64,000 nucleotides of DNA from Eledone cirrhosa (taxonomy: Eukaryota). The position numbers and the translations under genes were made by a program. Below, one piece after another: positions 1 through 14,050 of this stretch (its first letter is position 1; the number at the start of each line of letters is the position of its first letter). The notes beneath the pieces are model-generated. The model made no database searches. It saw only the letters and a list, made by a program, of their open reading frames with translations, and was not told the origin of the DNA. The DNA lies in assembly GCA_964016885.1 (NCBI GenBank), contig OZ024742.1, forward strand, positions 241,490,001-241,554,000, given 5' to 3'.

Positions 1-1550
1 CAAGCCACTAACAGAAATGGAACTCCAAGCCACCAACAGAAATGGAACTCCAAGCAACCAACAGAATTGGAACTCCAAGCCACCAACAGAAATGGAACTC
101 CAAGCCACCAACAGAAATGGAACTCCAAACCACCAACAGAAATGGAACTCCAAGCCACCAACAGAAATGGAACTCCAAGCCATCAACAGAAATGGAACTC
201 CAAGCCACCAACAGAAATGGAACTCCAAGCCACCAACAGAAATAAAACTCCAAGCTAACAACAAAAATGGACCTTCAAGCCACCAACAGAAATGAAACTC
301 CCAGCCACCAACAGAAATGGAACTCCAAGCCAATAACAGAAATGGAACTCCAAGCCACCAACAGAAATGGAACACCAAGCCACCAACAGAAATGGAACTC
401 CAAGCCACCAACAGAAATGGAACTCCAAACCACCAACAGAAATGTAACTCCAAGCCACCAACAGAAATGGAATTCCAAGCCATTAACAGAAATGGAACTC
501 CAAGCCACCAACAGAAATGGAACTCCAAGCCACCAACAGAAATGGAACTCCAAGCCACCAACAGAAATGGAACGCCAAGCCACCAACAGAAATGGAACTC
601 CAAGCCACTAACAGAAATGGAATTCCAAGCGACTAAAAGAAATGGAACTCCAAGCCACCAACAGAAATGAAACTCCAACCCACCAACAGAAATGGAAAAC
701 CAAGCCACTAACAGAAATGGAACTCCAAGTAACCAACAGAAATGGAACTCCAAGCCACTAACAGAAATGGAACTCCAAGCCACCAACAGAAATGGAACTC
801 CAAACCACCAACAGAAATGTAACTCCAAGCCACCAACAGAAATGGAATTCCAAGCCATTAACAGAAATGGAACTCCAAGCCACCAACAGAAATGGAACTC
901 CAAGCCACCAACAGAAATGGAACTCCAAGCCACCAACAGAAATGAAACTCCAACCCACCAACAGAAATGGAAAACCAAGCCACTAACAGAAATGGAACTC
1001 CAAGTAACCAACAGAAATGGAACTCCAAGCCACTAACAGAAATGGAACTCCAAGCCACCAACAGAAATGGAACTCCAAACCACCAACAGAAATGTAACTC
1101 CAAGCCACTAACAGAAATGGAATTCCAAGCGACTAAAAGAAATGGAACTCCAAGCCACCAACAGAAATGGAACTCCAAGCTAACAACAAAAATGGACCTC
1201 CAAGCCACCAACAGAAATGAAACTCCAAGCCACCAACAGAAATGGAACTCCAAGCCACCAACAGAAATAAAACTCCAAGCCAATAACAGAAATGGAACTC
1301 TAAGCCTCCTACAGAAATGGAACTGCAAGCCACTAACATAAATGGAACTCCAAGCCACTAACAGAAATGGAACTCCAAGCCACCAACAGAAATGGAACTC
1401 CAAGCCACCAACAGAAATGGAACTCCAAGCCACCAACAGAAATGGAACTCCAAACCACCAACAGAAATGTAACTCCAAGCCACTAACAGAAATGGAACAC
1501 CAAGCCACCAACAGAAATGGAACACCAAGCCACCAACAGAAATGGAACTC

Positions 1551-3720
1551 CAAGCCACCAACAGAAATGGAACTCCAAACCACCAACAGAAATGTAACTC
1601 CAAGCCAATAACAGAAATGGAACTCCAAGCCACTAACAGAAATGGAACTCCAAGCGACTAAAAGAAATGGAACTCCAAGCCACCAACAGAAATGGAACAC
1701 CAAGCCACTAACAGAAATGGAACTCCAAGTAACCAACAGAAATGGAACGCCAAGCCACCAACAGAAATGTAACTCCAAGCCAATAACAGAAATGGAACTC
1801 CAAGCCACTAACAGAAATGGAACTCCAAGCGACTAAAAGAAATGGAACTCCAAGCCACCAACAGAAATGGAACACCAAGCCACTAACAGAAATGGAACTC
1901 CAAGCCACTAAAAGAAATGGAACTCCAAGCCACCAACAGAAATGGAACTCCAAGCCACCAACAGAAATGGAACTCCAAGCCACCAACAGAAATGGAACTC
2001 CAAGCTAACAACAAAAATGGACCTCCAAGCCACCAACAGAAATGAAACTCCAAGCGACCAACAGAAATGGAAGTCCAAGCCAATAACAGAAATGGAACTC
2101 CAAGCCACCAACAGAAATGGAACTCCAAGCCACTAACATAAATGGAACACCAAGCCACCAACAGAAATGGAACTCCAAGCCACTAACATAAATGGAACTT
2201 GAAGCCACTAACAGAAATGGAAATCCAAGCCACCAACAGAAATGGAACTCCAAGCCACCAACAGAAATGGAACTCCAAGATAACAACAGAAATGGACCTC
2301 CAAGCCACCAACAGAAATGAAACTCCAAGCCACCAACAGAAATGGAACTCCAAGCCACCAACAGAAATAAAACTCCAAGCCAATAACAGAAATGGAACTC
2401 TAAGCCTCCTACAGAAATGGAACTGCAAGCCACTAACATAAATGGAACTCCAAGGCACTAACAGAAATGGAACTCCAAGCCACCAACAGAAATGGAACTC
2501 CAAGCCACCAACAGAAATGGAACTCCAAGCCACCAACAGAAATGGAACTCCAAACCACCAACAGAAATGGAACTCCAAACCACCAACAGAAATGGAACTC
2601 CAAGATAACAACAGAAATGGACCTCCAAGCCACCAACAGAAATGGAACTCCAAACCACCAACAGAAATGTAACTCCAAGCCAATAACAGAAATGGAACTC
2701 CAAGCCACTAACAGAAATGGAACTCCAAGCGACTAAAAGAAATGGAACTCCAAGCCACCAACAGAAATGGAACACCAAGCCACTAACAGAAATGGAACTC
2801 CAAGTAACCAACAGAAATGGAACGCCAAGCCACCAACAGAAATGTAACTCCAAGCCAATAACAGAAATGGAACTCCAAGCCACTAACAGAAATGGAACTC
2901 CAAGCGACTAAAAGAAATGGAACTCCAAGCCACCAACAGAAATGGAACACCAAGCCACTAACAGAAATGGAACTCCAAGCCACTAAAAGAAATGGAACTC
3001 CAAGCCACCAACAGAAATGGAACTCCAAGCCACCAACAGAAATGGAACTCCAAGCCACCAACAGAAATGGAACTCCAAGCTAACAACAAAAATGGACCTC
3101 CAAGCCACCAACAGAAATGAAACTCCAAGCGACCAACAGAAATGGAAGTCCAAGCCAATAACAGAAATGGAACTCCAAGCCACCAACAGAAATGGAACTC
3201 CAAGCCACTAACATAAATGGAACACCAAGCCACCAACAGAAATGGAACTCCAAGCCACTAACATAAATGGAACTTGAAGCCACTAACAGAAATGGAAATC
3301 CAAGCCACCAACAGAAATGGAACTCCAAGCCACCAACAGAAATGGAACTCCAAGATAACAACAGAAATGGACCTCCAAGCCACCAACAGAAATGAAACTC
3401 CAAGCCACCAACAGAAATGGAACTCCAAGCCACCAACAGAAATAAAACTCCAAGCCAATAACAGAAATGGAACTCTAAGCCTCCTACAGAAATGGAACTG
3501 CAAGCCACTAACATAAATGGAACTCCAAGGCACTAACAGAAATGGAACTCCAAGCCACCAACAGAAATGGAACTCCAAGCCACCAACAGAAATGGAACTC
3601 CAAGCCACCAACAGAAATGGAACTCCAAACCACCAACAGAAATGGAACTCCAAACCACCAACAGAAATGGAACTCCAAGATAACAACAGAAATGGACCTC
3701 CAAGCCACCAACAGAAATGA
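1551..3720 (+). repeat. Tandem block duplication, 1,075-bp period (43 monomers)
   Basis: Shared rare variants at offset 1075: AACTTGAAGC 2196/3271, CAAGGCACTA 2451/3526, CAAGATAACA 2276/3351 and 2601/3676. Matching ORF pairs include 1642/2717 and 2005/3080. Confidence 0.92.
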
Positions 3721-6700
3721 AACTCCAAGCCACCAACAGAAATGGAACTCCAAACCACCAACAGAAATGGAACTCCAAGCCACTAACAGAAATGGAACAC
3801 CAAGCCACCAACAGAAATGGAACTCCAAGCCACCAACAGAAATGGAACTCCAAGCCACCAACAGAAATGGAACTCCAAACCACCAACAGAAATGGAACTC
3901 CAAGCCAATAACAGAAATGGAACTCCAAGCCACTAACAGAAATGGAACTCCAAGCGACTAAAAGAAATGGAACTCCAAGCCACCAACAGAAATGGAACAC
4001 CAAGCCACTAACAGAAATGGAACTCCAAGTAACCAACAGAAATGGAAATCCAAGCCACTAACAGAAATGGAACTCCAAGCCACCAACAGAAATGGAACTC
4101 CAAGCAACCAACAGAAATGGAACACCAAGCCACCAACAGAAATGGAACTCCAAGCCACCAACAGAAATGGAACTCCAAGCCACCAACAGAAATGGAACTC
4201 CAAGCCACCAACAGAAATGGAACTCCAAGCCACCAACAGAAATGGAACTCCAAGCCACCAACAGAAATGGAACTCCAAGCCACCAACAGAAATAAACCTC
4301 CAAGCTAACAACAAAAATGGACCTTCAAGCCACCAACAGAAATGAAACTCCAAGCCACCAACAGAAATGGAACTCCAAGCCAATAACAGAAATGGAACTC
4401 CAAGCCACCAACAGAAATGGAACACCAAGCCACCAATAGAAATGGAACTCCAAGCCACCAACAGAAATGGAACTCCAAACCACCAACAGAAATGTAACTC
4501 CAAGCCACCAACAGAAATGGAATTCCAAGCCATTAACAGAAATGGAACTCCAAGCCACCAACAGAAATGGAACTCCAAGCCACCAACAGAAATGGAACTC
4601 CAAGCCACCAACAGAAATGGAACTCCAAGCCACCAACAGAAATGGAACTCCAAGCCACTAACAGAAATGGAATTCCAAGCGACTAAAAGAAATGGAACTC
4701 CAAGCCACCAACAGAAATGGAACTCCAAGCTAACAACAAAAATGGACCTCCAAGCCACCAACAGAAATGAAACTCCAAGCCACCAACAGAAATGGAACTC
4801 CAAGCCACCAACAGAAATAAAACTCCAAGCCAATAACAGAAATGGAACTCTAAGCCTCCTACAGAAATGGAACTGCAAGCCACTAACATAAATGGAACAC
4901 CAAGCCACTAACAGAAATGGAACTCCAAGCCACCAACAGAAATGGAACTCCAAGCCACCAACAGAAATGGAACTCCAAGCCAGCAACAGAAATGGAACTC
5001 CAAACCACCAACAGAAATGTAACTCCAAGCCACTAACAGAAATGGAACACCAAGCCACCAACAGAAATGGAACACCAAGCCACCAACAGAAATGGAACTC
5101 CAAGCCACCAACAGAAATGGAACTCCAAACCACCAACAGAAATGTAACTCCAAGCCAATAACAGAAATGGAACTCCAAGCCACTAACAGAAATGGAACTC
5201 CAAGCGACTAAAAGAAATGGAACTCCAAGCCACCAACAGAAATGGAACACCAAGCCACTAACAGAAATGGAACTCCAAACCACCAACAGAAATGTAACTC
5301 CAAGCCACCAACAGAAATGGAATTCCAAGCCATTAACAGAAATGGAACTCCAAGCCACCAACAGAAATGGAACTCCAAGCCACCAACAGAAATGGAACTC
5401 CAAGCCACCAACAGAAATGGAACTCCAAGCCACCAACAGAAATGGAACTCCAAGCCACTAACAGAAATGGAATTCCAAGCGACTAAAAGAAATGGAACTC
5501 CAAGCCACCAACAGAAATGAAACTCCAACCCACCAACAGAAATGGAAAACCAAGCCACTAACAGAAATGGAACTCCAAGTAACCAACAGAAATGGAACTC
5601 CAAGCCACTAACAGAAATGGAACTCCAAGCCACCAACAGAAATGGAACTCCAAACCACCAACAGAAATGTAACTCCAAGCCACCAACAGAAATGGACTTC
5701 CAAGCCATTAACAGAAATGGAACTCCAAGTCACCAACAGAAATGGAACTCCAAGCCACCAACAGAAATGGAACTCCAAGCCACCAACAGAAATGAAACTC
5801 CAACCCACCAACAGAAATGGAAAACCAAGCCACTAACAGAAATGGAACTCCAAGTAACCAACAGAAATGGAACTCCAAGCCACTAACAGAAATGGAACTC
5901 CAAGCCACCAACAGAAATGGAACTCCAAACCACCAACAGAAATGTAACTCCAAGCCACTAACAGAAATGGAATTCCAAGCGACTAAAAGAAATGGAACTC
6001 CAAGCCACCAACAGAAATGGAACTCCAAGCTAACAACAAAAATGGACCTCCAAGCCACCAACAGAAATGAAACTCCAAGCCACCAACAGAAATGGAACTC
6101 CAAGCCACCAACAGAAATAAAACTCCAAGCCAATAACAGAAATGGAACTCTAAGCCTCCTACAGAAATGGAACTGCAAGCCACTAACATAAATGGAACTC
6201 CAAGCCACTAACAGAAATGGAACTCCAAGCCACCAACAGAAATGGAACTCCAAGCCACCAACAGAAATGGAACTCCAAGCCACCAACAGAAATGGAACTC
6301 CAAACCACCAACAGAAATGTAACTCCAAGCCACTAACAGAAATGGAACACCAAGCCACCAACAGAAATGGAACACCAAGCCACCAACAGAAATGGAACTC
6401 CAAGCCACCAACAGAAATGGAACTCCAAACCACCAACAGAAATGTAACTCCAAGCCAATAACAGAAATGGAACTCCAAGCCACTAACAGAAATGGAACTC
6501 CAAGCGACTAAAAGAAATGGAACTCCAAGCCACCAACAGAAATGGAACACCAAGCCACTAACAGAAATGGAACTCCAAGTAACCAACAGAAATGGAAATC
6601 CAAGCCACTAACAGAAATGGAACTCCAAGCCACCAACAGAAATGGAACTCCAAGCAACCAACAGAAATGGAACTCCAAGCCACCAACAGAAATGGAACTC

Positions 6701-8039
6701 CAAGCCACCAACAGAAATGGAACTCCAAGCCACCAACAGAAATGGAACTCCAAGCCACCAACAGAAATGGAACTCCAAGCCACCAACAGAAATGGAACTC
6801 CAAGCCACCAACAGAAATGGAACTCCAAGCCACCAACAGAAATAAAACTCCAAGCCAATAACAGAAATGGAACTCTAAGCCTCCTACAGAAATGGAACTG
6901 CAAGCCACTAACATAAATGGAACTCCAAGCCACCAACAGAAATGGAACTCCAAGCCACCAACAGAAATGGAACTCCAAGCCACCAACAGAAATAAAACTC
7001 CAAGCTAACAACAAAAATGGACCTTCAAGCCACCAACAGAAATGAAACTCCCAGCCACCAACAGAAATGGAACTCCAAGCCAATAACAGAAATGGAACTC
7101 CAAGCCACCAACAGAAATGGAACACCAAGCCACCAACATAAATGGAACTCCAAGCCACCAACAGAAATGGAACTCCAAACCACCAACAGAAATGTAACTC
7201 CAAGCCACCAACAGAAATGGAATTCCAAGCCATTAACAGAAATGGAACTCCAAGCCACCAAGAGAAATGGAACTCCAAGCCACCAACAGAAATGGAATTC
7301 CAAGCCATTAACAGAAATGGAACTCCAAGCAACCAACAGAAATGGAACTCCAAGCCACCAACAGAAATGGAACTCCAAGCCACCAACAGAAATGAAACTC
7401 CAACCCACCAACAGAAATGTAACTCCAAGCCACCAACAGAAATGGAATTCCAAGCCATTAACAGAAATGGAACTCCAAGCCACCAACAGAAATGGAACTC
7501 CAAGCCACCAACAGAAATGGAACTCCAAGCCACCAACAGAAATGGAACTCCAAGCCACCAACAGAAATGGAACTCCAAGCCACCAACAGAAATGGAACTC
7601 CAAGCCACCAACAGAAATAAAACTCCAAGCTAACAACAAAAATGGACCTTCAAGCCACCAACAGAAATGAAACTCCCAGCCACCAACAGAAATGGAACTC
7701 CAAGCCAATAACAGAAATGGAACTCCAAGCCACCAACAGAAATGGAACACCAAGCCACCAACAGAAATGGAACTCCAAGCCACCAACAGAAATGGAACTC
7801 CAAACCACCAACAGAAATGTAACTCCAAGCCACCAACAGAAATGGAATTCCAAGCCATTAACAGAAATGGAACTCCAAGCCACCAACAGAAATGGAACTC
7901 CAAGCCACCAACAGAAATGGAACTCCAAGCCACCAACAGAAATGGAACTCCAAGCCACCAACAGAAATGGAACTCCAAGCCACTAACAGAAATGGAATTC
8001 CAAGCGACTAAAAGAAATGGAACTCCAAGCCACCAACAG

Positions 8040-11000
8040 AAATGAAACTCCAACCCACCAACAGAAATGGAAAACCAAGCCACTAACAGAAATGGAACTC
8101 CAAGTAACCAACAGAAATGGAACTCCAAGCCACTAACAGAAATGGAACTCCAAGCCACCAACAGAAATGGAACTCCAAACCACCAACAGAAATGTAACTC
8201 CAAGCCACTAACAGAAATGGAATTCCAAGCCATTAACAGAAATGGAACTCCAAGCCACCAACAGAAATGGAACTCCAAGCCACCAACAGAAATGGAACTC
8301 CAAGCCACCAACAGAAATGAAACTCCAACCCACCAACAGAAATGGAAAACCAAGCCACTAACAGAAATGGAACTCCAAGTAACCAACAGAAATGGAACTC
8401 CAAGCCACTAACAGAAATGGAACTCCAAGCCACCAACAGAAATGGAACTCCAAACCACCAACAGAAATGTAACTCCAAGCCACTAACAGAAATGGAATTC
8501 CAAGCGACTAAAAGAAATGGAACTCCAAGCCACCAACAGAAATGGAACTCCAAGCTAACAACAAAAATGGACCTCCAAGCCACCAACAGAAATGAAACTC
8601 CAAGCCACCAACAGAAATGGAACTCCAAGCCACCAACAGAAATAAAACTCCAAGCCAATAACAGAAATGGAACTCTAAGCCTCCTACAGAAATGGAACTG
8701 CAAGCCACTAACATAAATGGAACTCCAAGCCACTAACAGAAATGGAACTCCAAGCCACCAACAGAAATGGAACTCCAAGCCACCAACAGAAATGGAACTC
8801 CAAGCCACCAACAGAAATGGAACTCCAAACCACCAACAGAAATGTAACTCCAAGCCACTAACAGAAATGGAACACCAAGCCACCAACAGAAATGGAACAC
8901 CAAGCCACCAACAGAAATGGAACTCCAAGCCACCAACAGAAATGGAACTCCAAACCACCAACAGAAATGGAACTCCAAGCCAATAACAGAAATGGAACTC
9001 CAAGCCACTAACAGAAATGGAACTCCAAGCGACTAAAAGAAATGGAACTCCAAGCCACCAACAGAAATGGAACACCAAGCCACTAACAGAAATGGAACTC
9101 CAAGTAACCAACAGAAATGGAAATCCAAGCCACTTACAGAAATGGAACTCCAAGCCACCAACAGAAATGGAACTCCAAGCAACCAACAGAAATGGAACTC
9201 CAAGCCACCAACAGAAATGGAACTCCAAGCCACCAACAGAAATGGAACTCCAAGCCACCAACAGAAATGGAACTCCAAGCCACCAACAGAAATGGAACTC
9301 CAAGCCACCAACAGAAATGGAACTCCAAGCCACCAACAGAAATGGAACTCCAAGCCACCAACAGAAATAAAACTCCAAGCTAACAACAAAAATGGACCTT
9401 CAAGCCACCAACAGAAATGAAACTCCCAGCCACCAACAGAAATGGAACTCCAAGCCAATAACAGAAATGGAACTCCAAGCCACCAACAGAAATGGAACAC
9501 CAAACCACCAACAGAAATGGAACTCCAAGCCACCAACAGAAATGGAACTCCAAGCCACCAACAGAAATGGAACTCCAAGCCACCAACAGAAATGGAACTC
9601 CAAGCCACCAACAGAAATGGAACTCCAAGCCACCAACAGAAATAAAACTCCAAGCTAACAACAAAAATGGACCTTCAAGCCACCAACAGAAATGAAACTC
9701 CCAGCCACCAACAGAAATGGAACTCCAAGCCAATAACAGAAATGGAACTCCAAGCCACCAACAGAAATGGAACACCAAGCCACCAACAGAAATGGAACTC
9801 CAAGCCACCAACAGAAATGGAACTCCAAACCACCAACAGAAATGTAACTCCAAGCCACCAACAGAAATGGAATTCCAAGCCATTAACAGAAATGGAACTC
9901 CAAGCCACCAACAGAAATGGAACTCCAAGCCACCAACAGAAATGGAATTCCAAGCCCTTAACAGAAATGGAACTCCAAGCCACCAACAGAAATGGAACTC
10001 CAAGCCACCAACAGAAATGGAACTCCAAGCCACCAACAGAAATGAAACTCCAACCCACCAACAGAAATGTAACTCCAAGCCACCAACAGAAATGGAATTC
10101 CAAGCCATTAACAGAAATGGAACTCCAAGCCACCAACAGAAATGGAACTCCAAGCCACCAACAGAAATGGAACTCCAAGCCACCAACAGAAATGGAACTC
10201 CAAGCCACCAACAGAAATGGAACTCCAAGCCACCAACAGAAATGGAACTCCAAGCCACCAACAGAAATAAAAATCCAAGCTAACAACAAAAATGGACCTT
10301 CAAGCCACCAACAGAAATGAAACTCCCAGCCACCAACAGAAATGGTACTCCAAGCCAATAACAGAAATGGAACTCCAAGCCACCAACAGAAATGGAACAC
10401 CAAGCCACCAACAGAAATGGAACTCCAAGCCACCAACAGAAATGGAACTCCAAACCACCAACAGAAATGTAACTCCAAGCCACCAACAGAAATGGAATTC
10501 CAAGCCATTAACAGAAATGGAACTCCAAGCCACCAACAGAAATGGAACTCCAAGCCACCAACAGAAATGGAACTCCAAGCCACCAACAGAAATGTAACTC
10601 CAAGCCACCAACAGAAATGGAACTCCAAGCCACTAACAGAAATGGAATTCCAAGCGACTAAAAGAAATGGAACTCCAAGCCACCAACAGAAATGAAACTC
10701 CAACCCACCAACAGAAATGGAAAACCAAGCCACTAACAGAAATGGAACTCCAAGTAACCAACAGAAATGGAACTCCAAGCCACTAACAGAAATGGAACTC
10801 CAAGCCACCAACAGAAATGGAACTCCAAACCACCAACAGAAATGTAACTCCAAGCCACCAACAGAAATGGAATTCCAAGCCATTAACAGAAATGGAACTC
10901 CAAGCCACCAACAGAAATGGAACTCCAAGCCACCAACAGAAATGGAACTCCAAGCCACCAACAGAAATGAAACTCCAACCCACCAACAGAAATGGAAAAC

Positions 11001-14000
11001 CAAGCCACTAACAGAAATGGAACTCCAAGTAACCAACAGAAATGGAACTCCAAGCCACTAACAGAAATGGAACTCCAAGCCACCAACAGAAATGGAACTC
11101 CAAACCACCAACAGAAATGTAACTCCAAGCCACGAACAGAAATGGAATTCCAAGCCATTAACAGAAATGGAACTCCAAGCCACCAACAGAAATGGAACTC
11201 CAAGCCACCAACAGAAATGGAACTCCAAGCCACCAACAGAAATGAAACTCCAACCCACCAACAGAAATGGAAAACCAAGCCACTAACAGAAATGGAACTC
11301 CAAGTAACCAACAGAAATGGAACTCCAAGCCACTAACAGAAATGGAACTCCAAGCCACCAACAGAAATGGAACTCCAAACCACCAACAGAAATGTAACTC
11401 CAAGCCACTAACAGAAATGGAATTCCAAGCGACTAAAAGAAATGGAACTCCAAGCCACCAACAGAAATGGAACTCCAAGCTAACAACAAAAATGGACCTC
11501 CAAGCCACCAACAGAAATGAAACTCCAAGCCACCAACAGAAATGGAACTCCAAGCCACCAACAGAAATAAAACTCCAAGCCAATAACAGAAATGGAACTC
11601 TAAGCCTCCTACAGAAATGGAACTGCAAGCCACTAACATAAATGGAACTCCAAGCCACTAACAGAAATGGAACTCCAAGCCACCAACAGAAATGGAACTC
11701 CAAGCCACCAACAGAAATGGAACTCCAAGCCACCAACAGAAATGGAACTCCAAACCACCAACAGAAATGTAACTCCAAGCCACTAACAGAAATGGAACAC
11801 CAAGCCACCAACAGAAATGGAACACCAAGCCACCAACAGAAATGGAACTCCAAGCCACCAACAGAAATGGAACTCCAAACCACCAACAGAAATGTAACTC
11901 CAAGCCAATAACAGAAATGGAACTCCAAGCCACTAACAGAAATGGAACTCCAAGCGACTAAAAGAAATGGAACTCCAAGCCACCAACAGAAATGGAACAC
12001 CAAGCCACTAACAGAAATGGAACTCCAAGTAACCAACAGAAATGGAAATCCAAGCCACTAACAGAAATGGAACTCCAAGCCACCAACAGAAATGGAACTC
12101 CAAGCAACCAACAGAAATGGAACTCCAAGCCACCAACAGAAATGGAACTCCAAGCCACCAACAGAAATGGAACTCCAAGCCACCAACAGAAATGGAACTC
12201 CAAGCCACCAACAGAAATGGAACTCCAAGCCACCAACAGAAATGGAACTCCAAGCCACCAACAGAAATGGAACTCCAAGCCACCAACAGAAATAAAACTC
12301 CAAGCTAACAACAAAAATGGACCTTCAAGCCACCAACAGAAATGAAACTCCCAGCCACCAACAGAAATGGAACTCCAAGCCAATAACAGAAATGGAACTC
12401 CAAGCCACCAACAGAAATGGAACACCAAACCACCAACAGAAATGGAACTCCAAGCCACCAACAGAAATGGAACTCCAAGCCACCAACAGAAATGGAACTC
12501 CAAGCCACCAACAGAAATGGAACTCCAAGCCACCAACAGAAATGGAACTCCAAGCCACCAACAGAAATAAAACTCCAAGCTAACAACAAAAATGGACCTT
12601 CAAGCCACCAACAGAAATGAAACTCCCAGCCACCAACAGAAATGGAACTCCAAGCCAATAACAGAAATGGAACTCCAAGCCACCAACAGAAATGGAACAC
12701 CAAGCCACCAACAGAAATGGAACTCCAAGCCACCAACAGAAATGGAACTCCAAACCACCAACAGAAATGTAACTCCAAGCCACCAACAGAAATGGAATTC
12801 CAAGCCATTAACAGAAATGGAACTCCAAGCCACCAACAGAAATGGAACTCCAAGCCACCAACAGAAATGGAATTCCAAGCCCTTAACAGAAATGGAACTC
12901 CAAGCCACCAACAGAAATGGAACTCCAAGCCACCAACAGAAATGGAACTCCAAGCCACCAACAGAAATGAAACTCCAACCCACCAACAGAAATGTAACTC
13001 CAAGCCACCAACAGAAATGGAATTCCAAGCCATTAACAGAAATGGAACTCCAAGCCACCAACAGAAATGGAACTCCAAGCCACCAACAGAAATGGAACTC
13101 CAAGCCACCAACAGAAATGGAACTCCAAGCCACCAACAGAAATGGAACTCCAAGCCACCAACAGAAATGGAACTCCAAGCCACCAACAGAAATAAAAATC
13201 CAAGCTAACAACAAAAATGGACCTTCAAGCCACCAACAGAAATGAAACTCCCAGCCACCAACAGAAATGGTACTCCAAGCCAATAACAGAAATGGAACTC
13301 CAAGCCACCAACAGAAATGGAACACCAAGCCACCAACAGAAATGGAACTCCAAGCCACCAACAGAAATGGAACTCCAAACCACCAACAGAAATGTAACTC
13401 CAAGCCACCAACAGAAATGGAATTCCAAGCCATTAACAGAAATGGAACTCCAAGCCACCAACAGAAATGGAACTCCAAGCCACCAACAGAAATGGAACTC
13501 CAAGCCACCAACAGAAATGGAACTCCAAGCCACCAACAGAAATGGAACTCCAAGCCACTAACAGAAATGGAATTCCAAGCGACTAAAAGAAATGGAACTC
13601 CAAGCCACCAACAGAAATGAAACTCCAACCCACCAACAGAAATGGAAAACCAAGCCACTAACAGAAATGGAACTCCAAGTAACCAACAGAAATGGAACTC
13701 CAAGCCACTAACAGAAATGGAACTCCAAGCCACCAACAGAAATGGAACTCCAAACCACCAACAGAAATGTAACTCCAAGCCACCAACAGAAATGGAATTC
13801 CAAGCCATTAACAGAAATGGAACTCCAAGCCACCAACAGAAATGGAACTCCAAGCCACCAACAGAAATGGAACTCCAAGCCACCAACAGAAATGAAACTC
13901 CAACCCACCAACAGAAATGGAAAACCAAGCCACTAACAGAAATGGAACTCCAAGTAACCAACAGAAATGGAACTCCAAGCCACTAACAGAAATGGAACTC

Positions 14001-14050
14001 CAAGCCACCAACAGAAATGGAACTCCAAACCACCAACAGAAATGTAACTC
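8040..14050 (+). repeat. Tandem block duplication, 2,925-bp period (117 monomers)
   Basis: Rare variants CCCTTAA (~9955/12880), AATAAAAATCC (~10266/13191) and GGTACTCC (~10344/13269). ORF pairs 9033/11958, 9380/12305 and 9675/12600. Confidence 0.9.
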
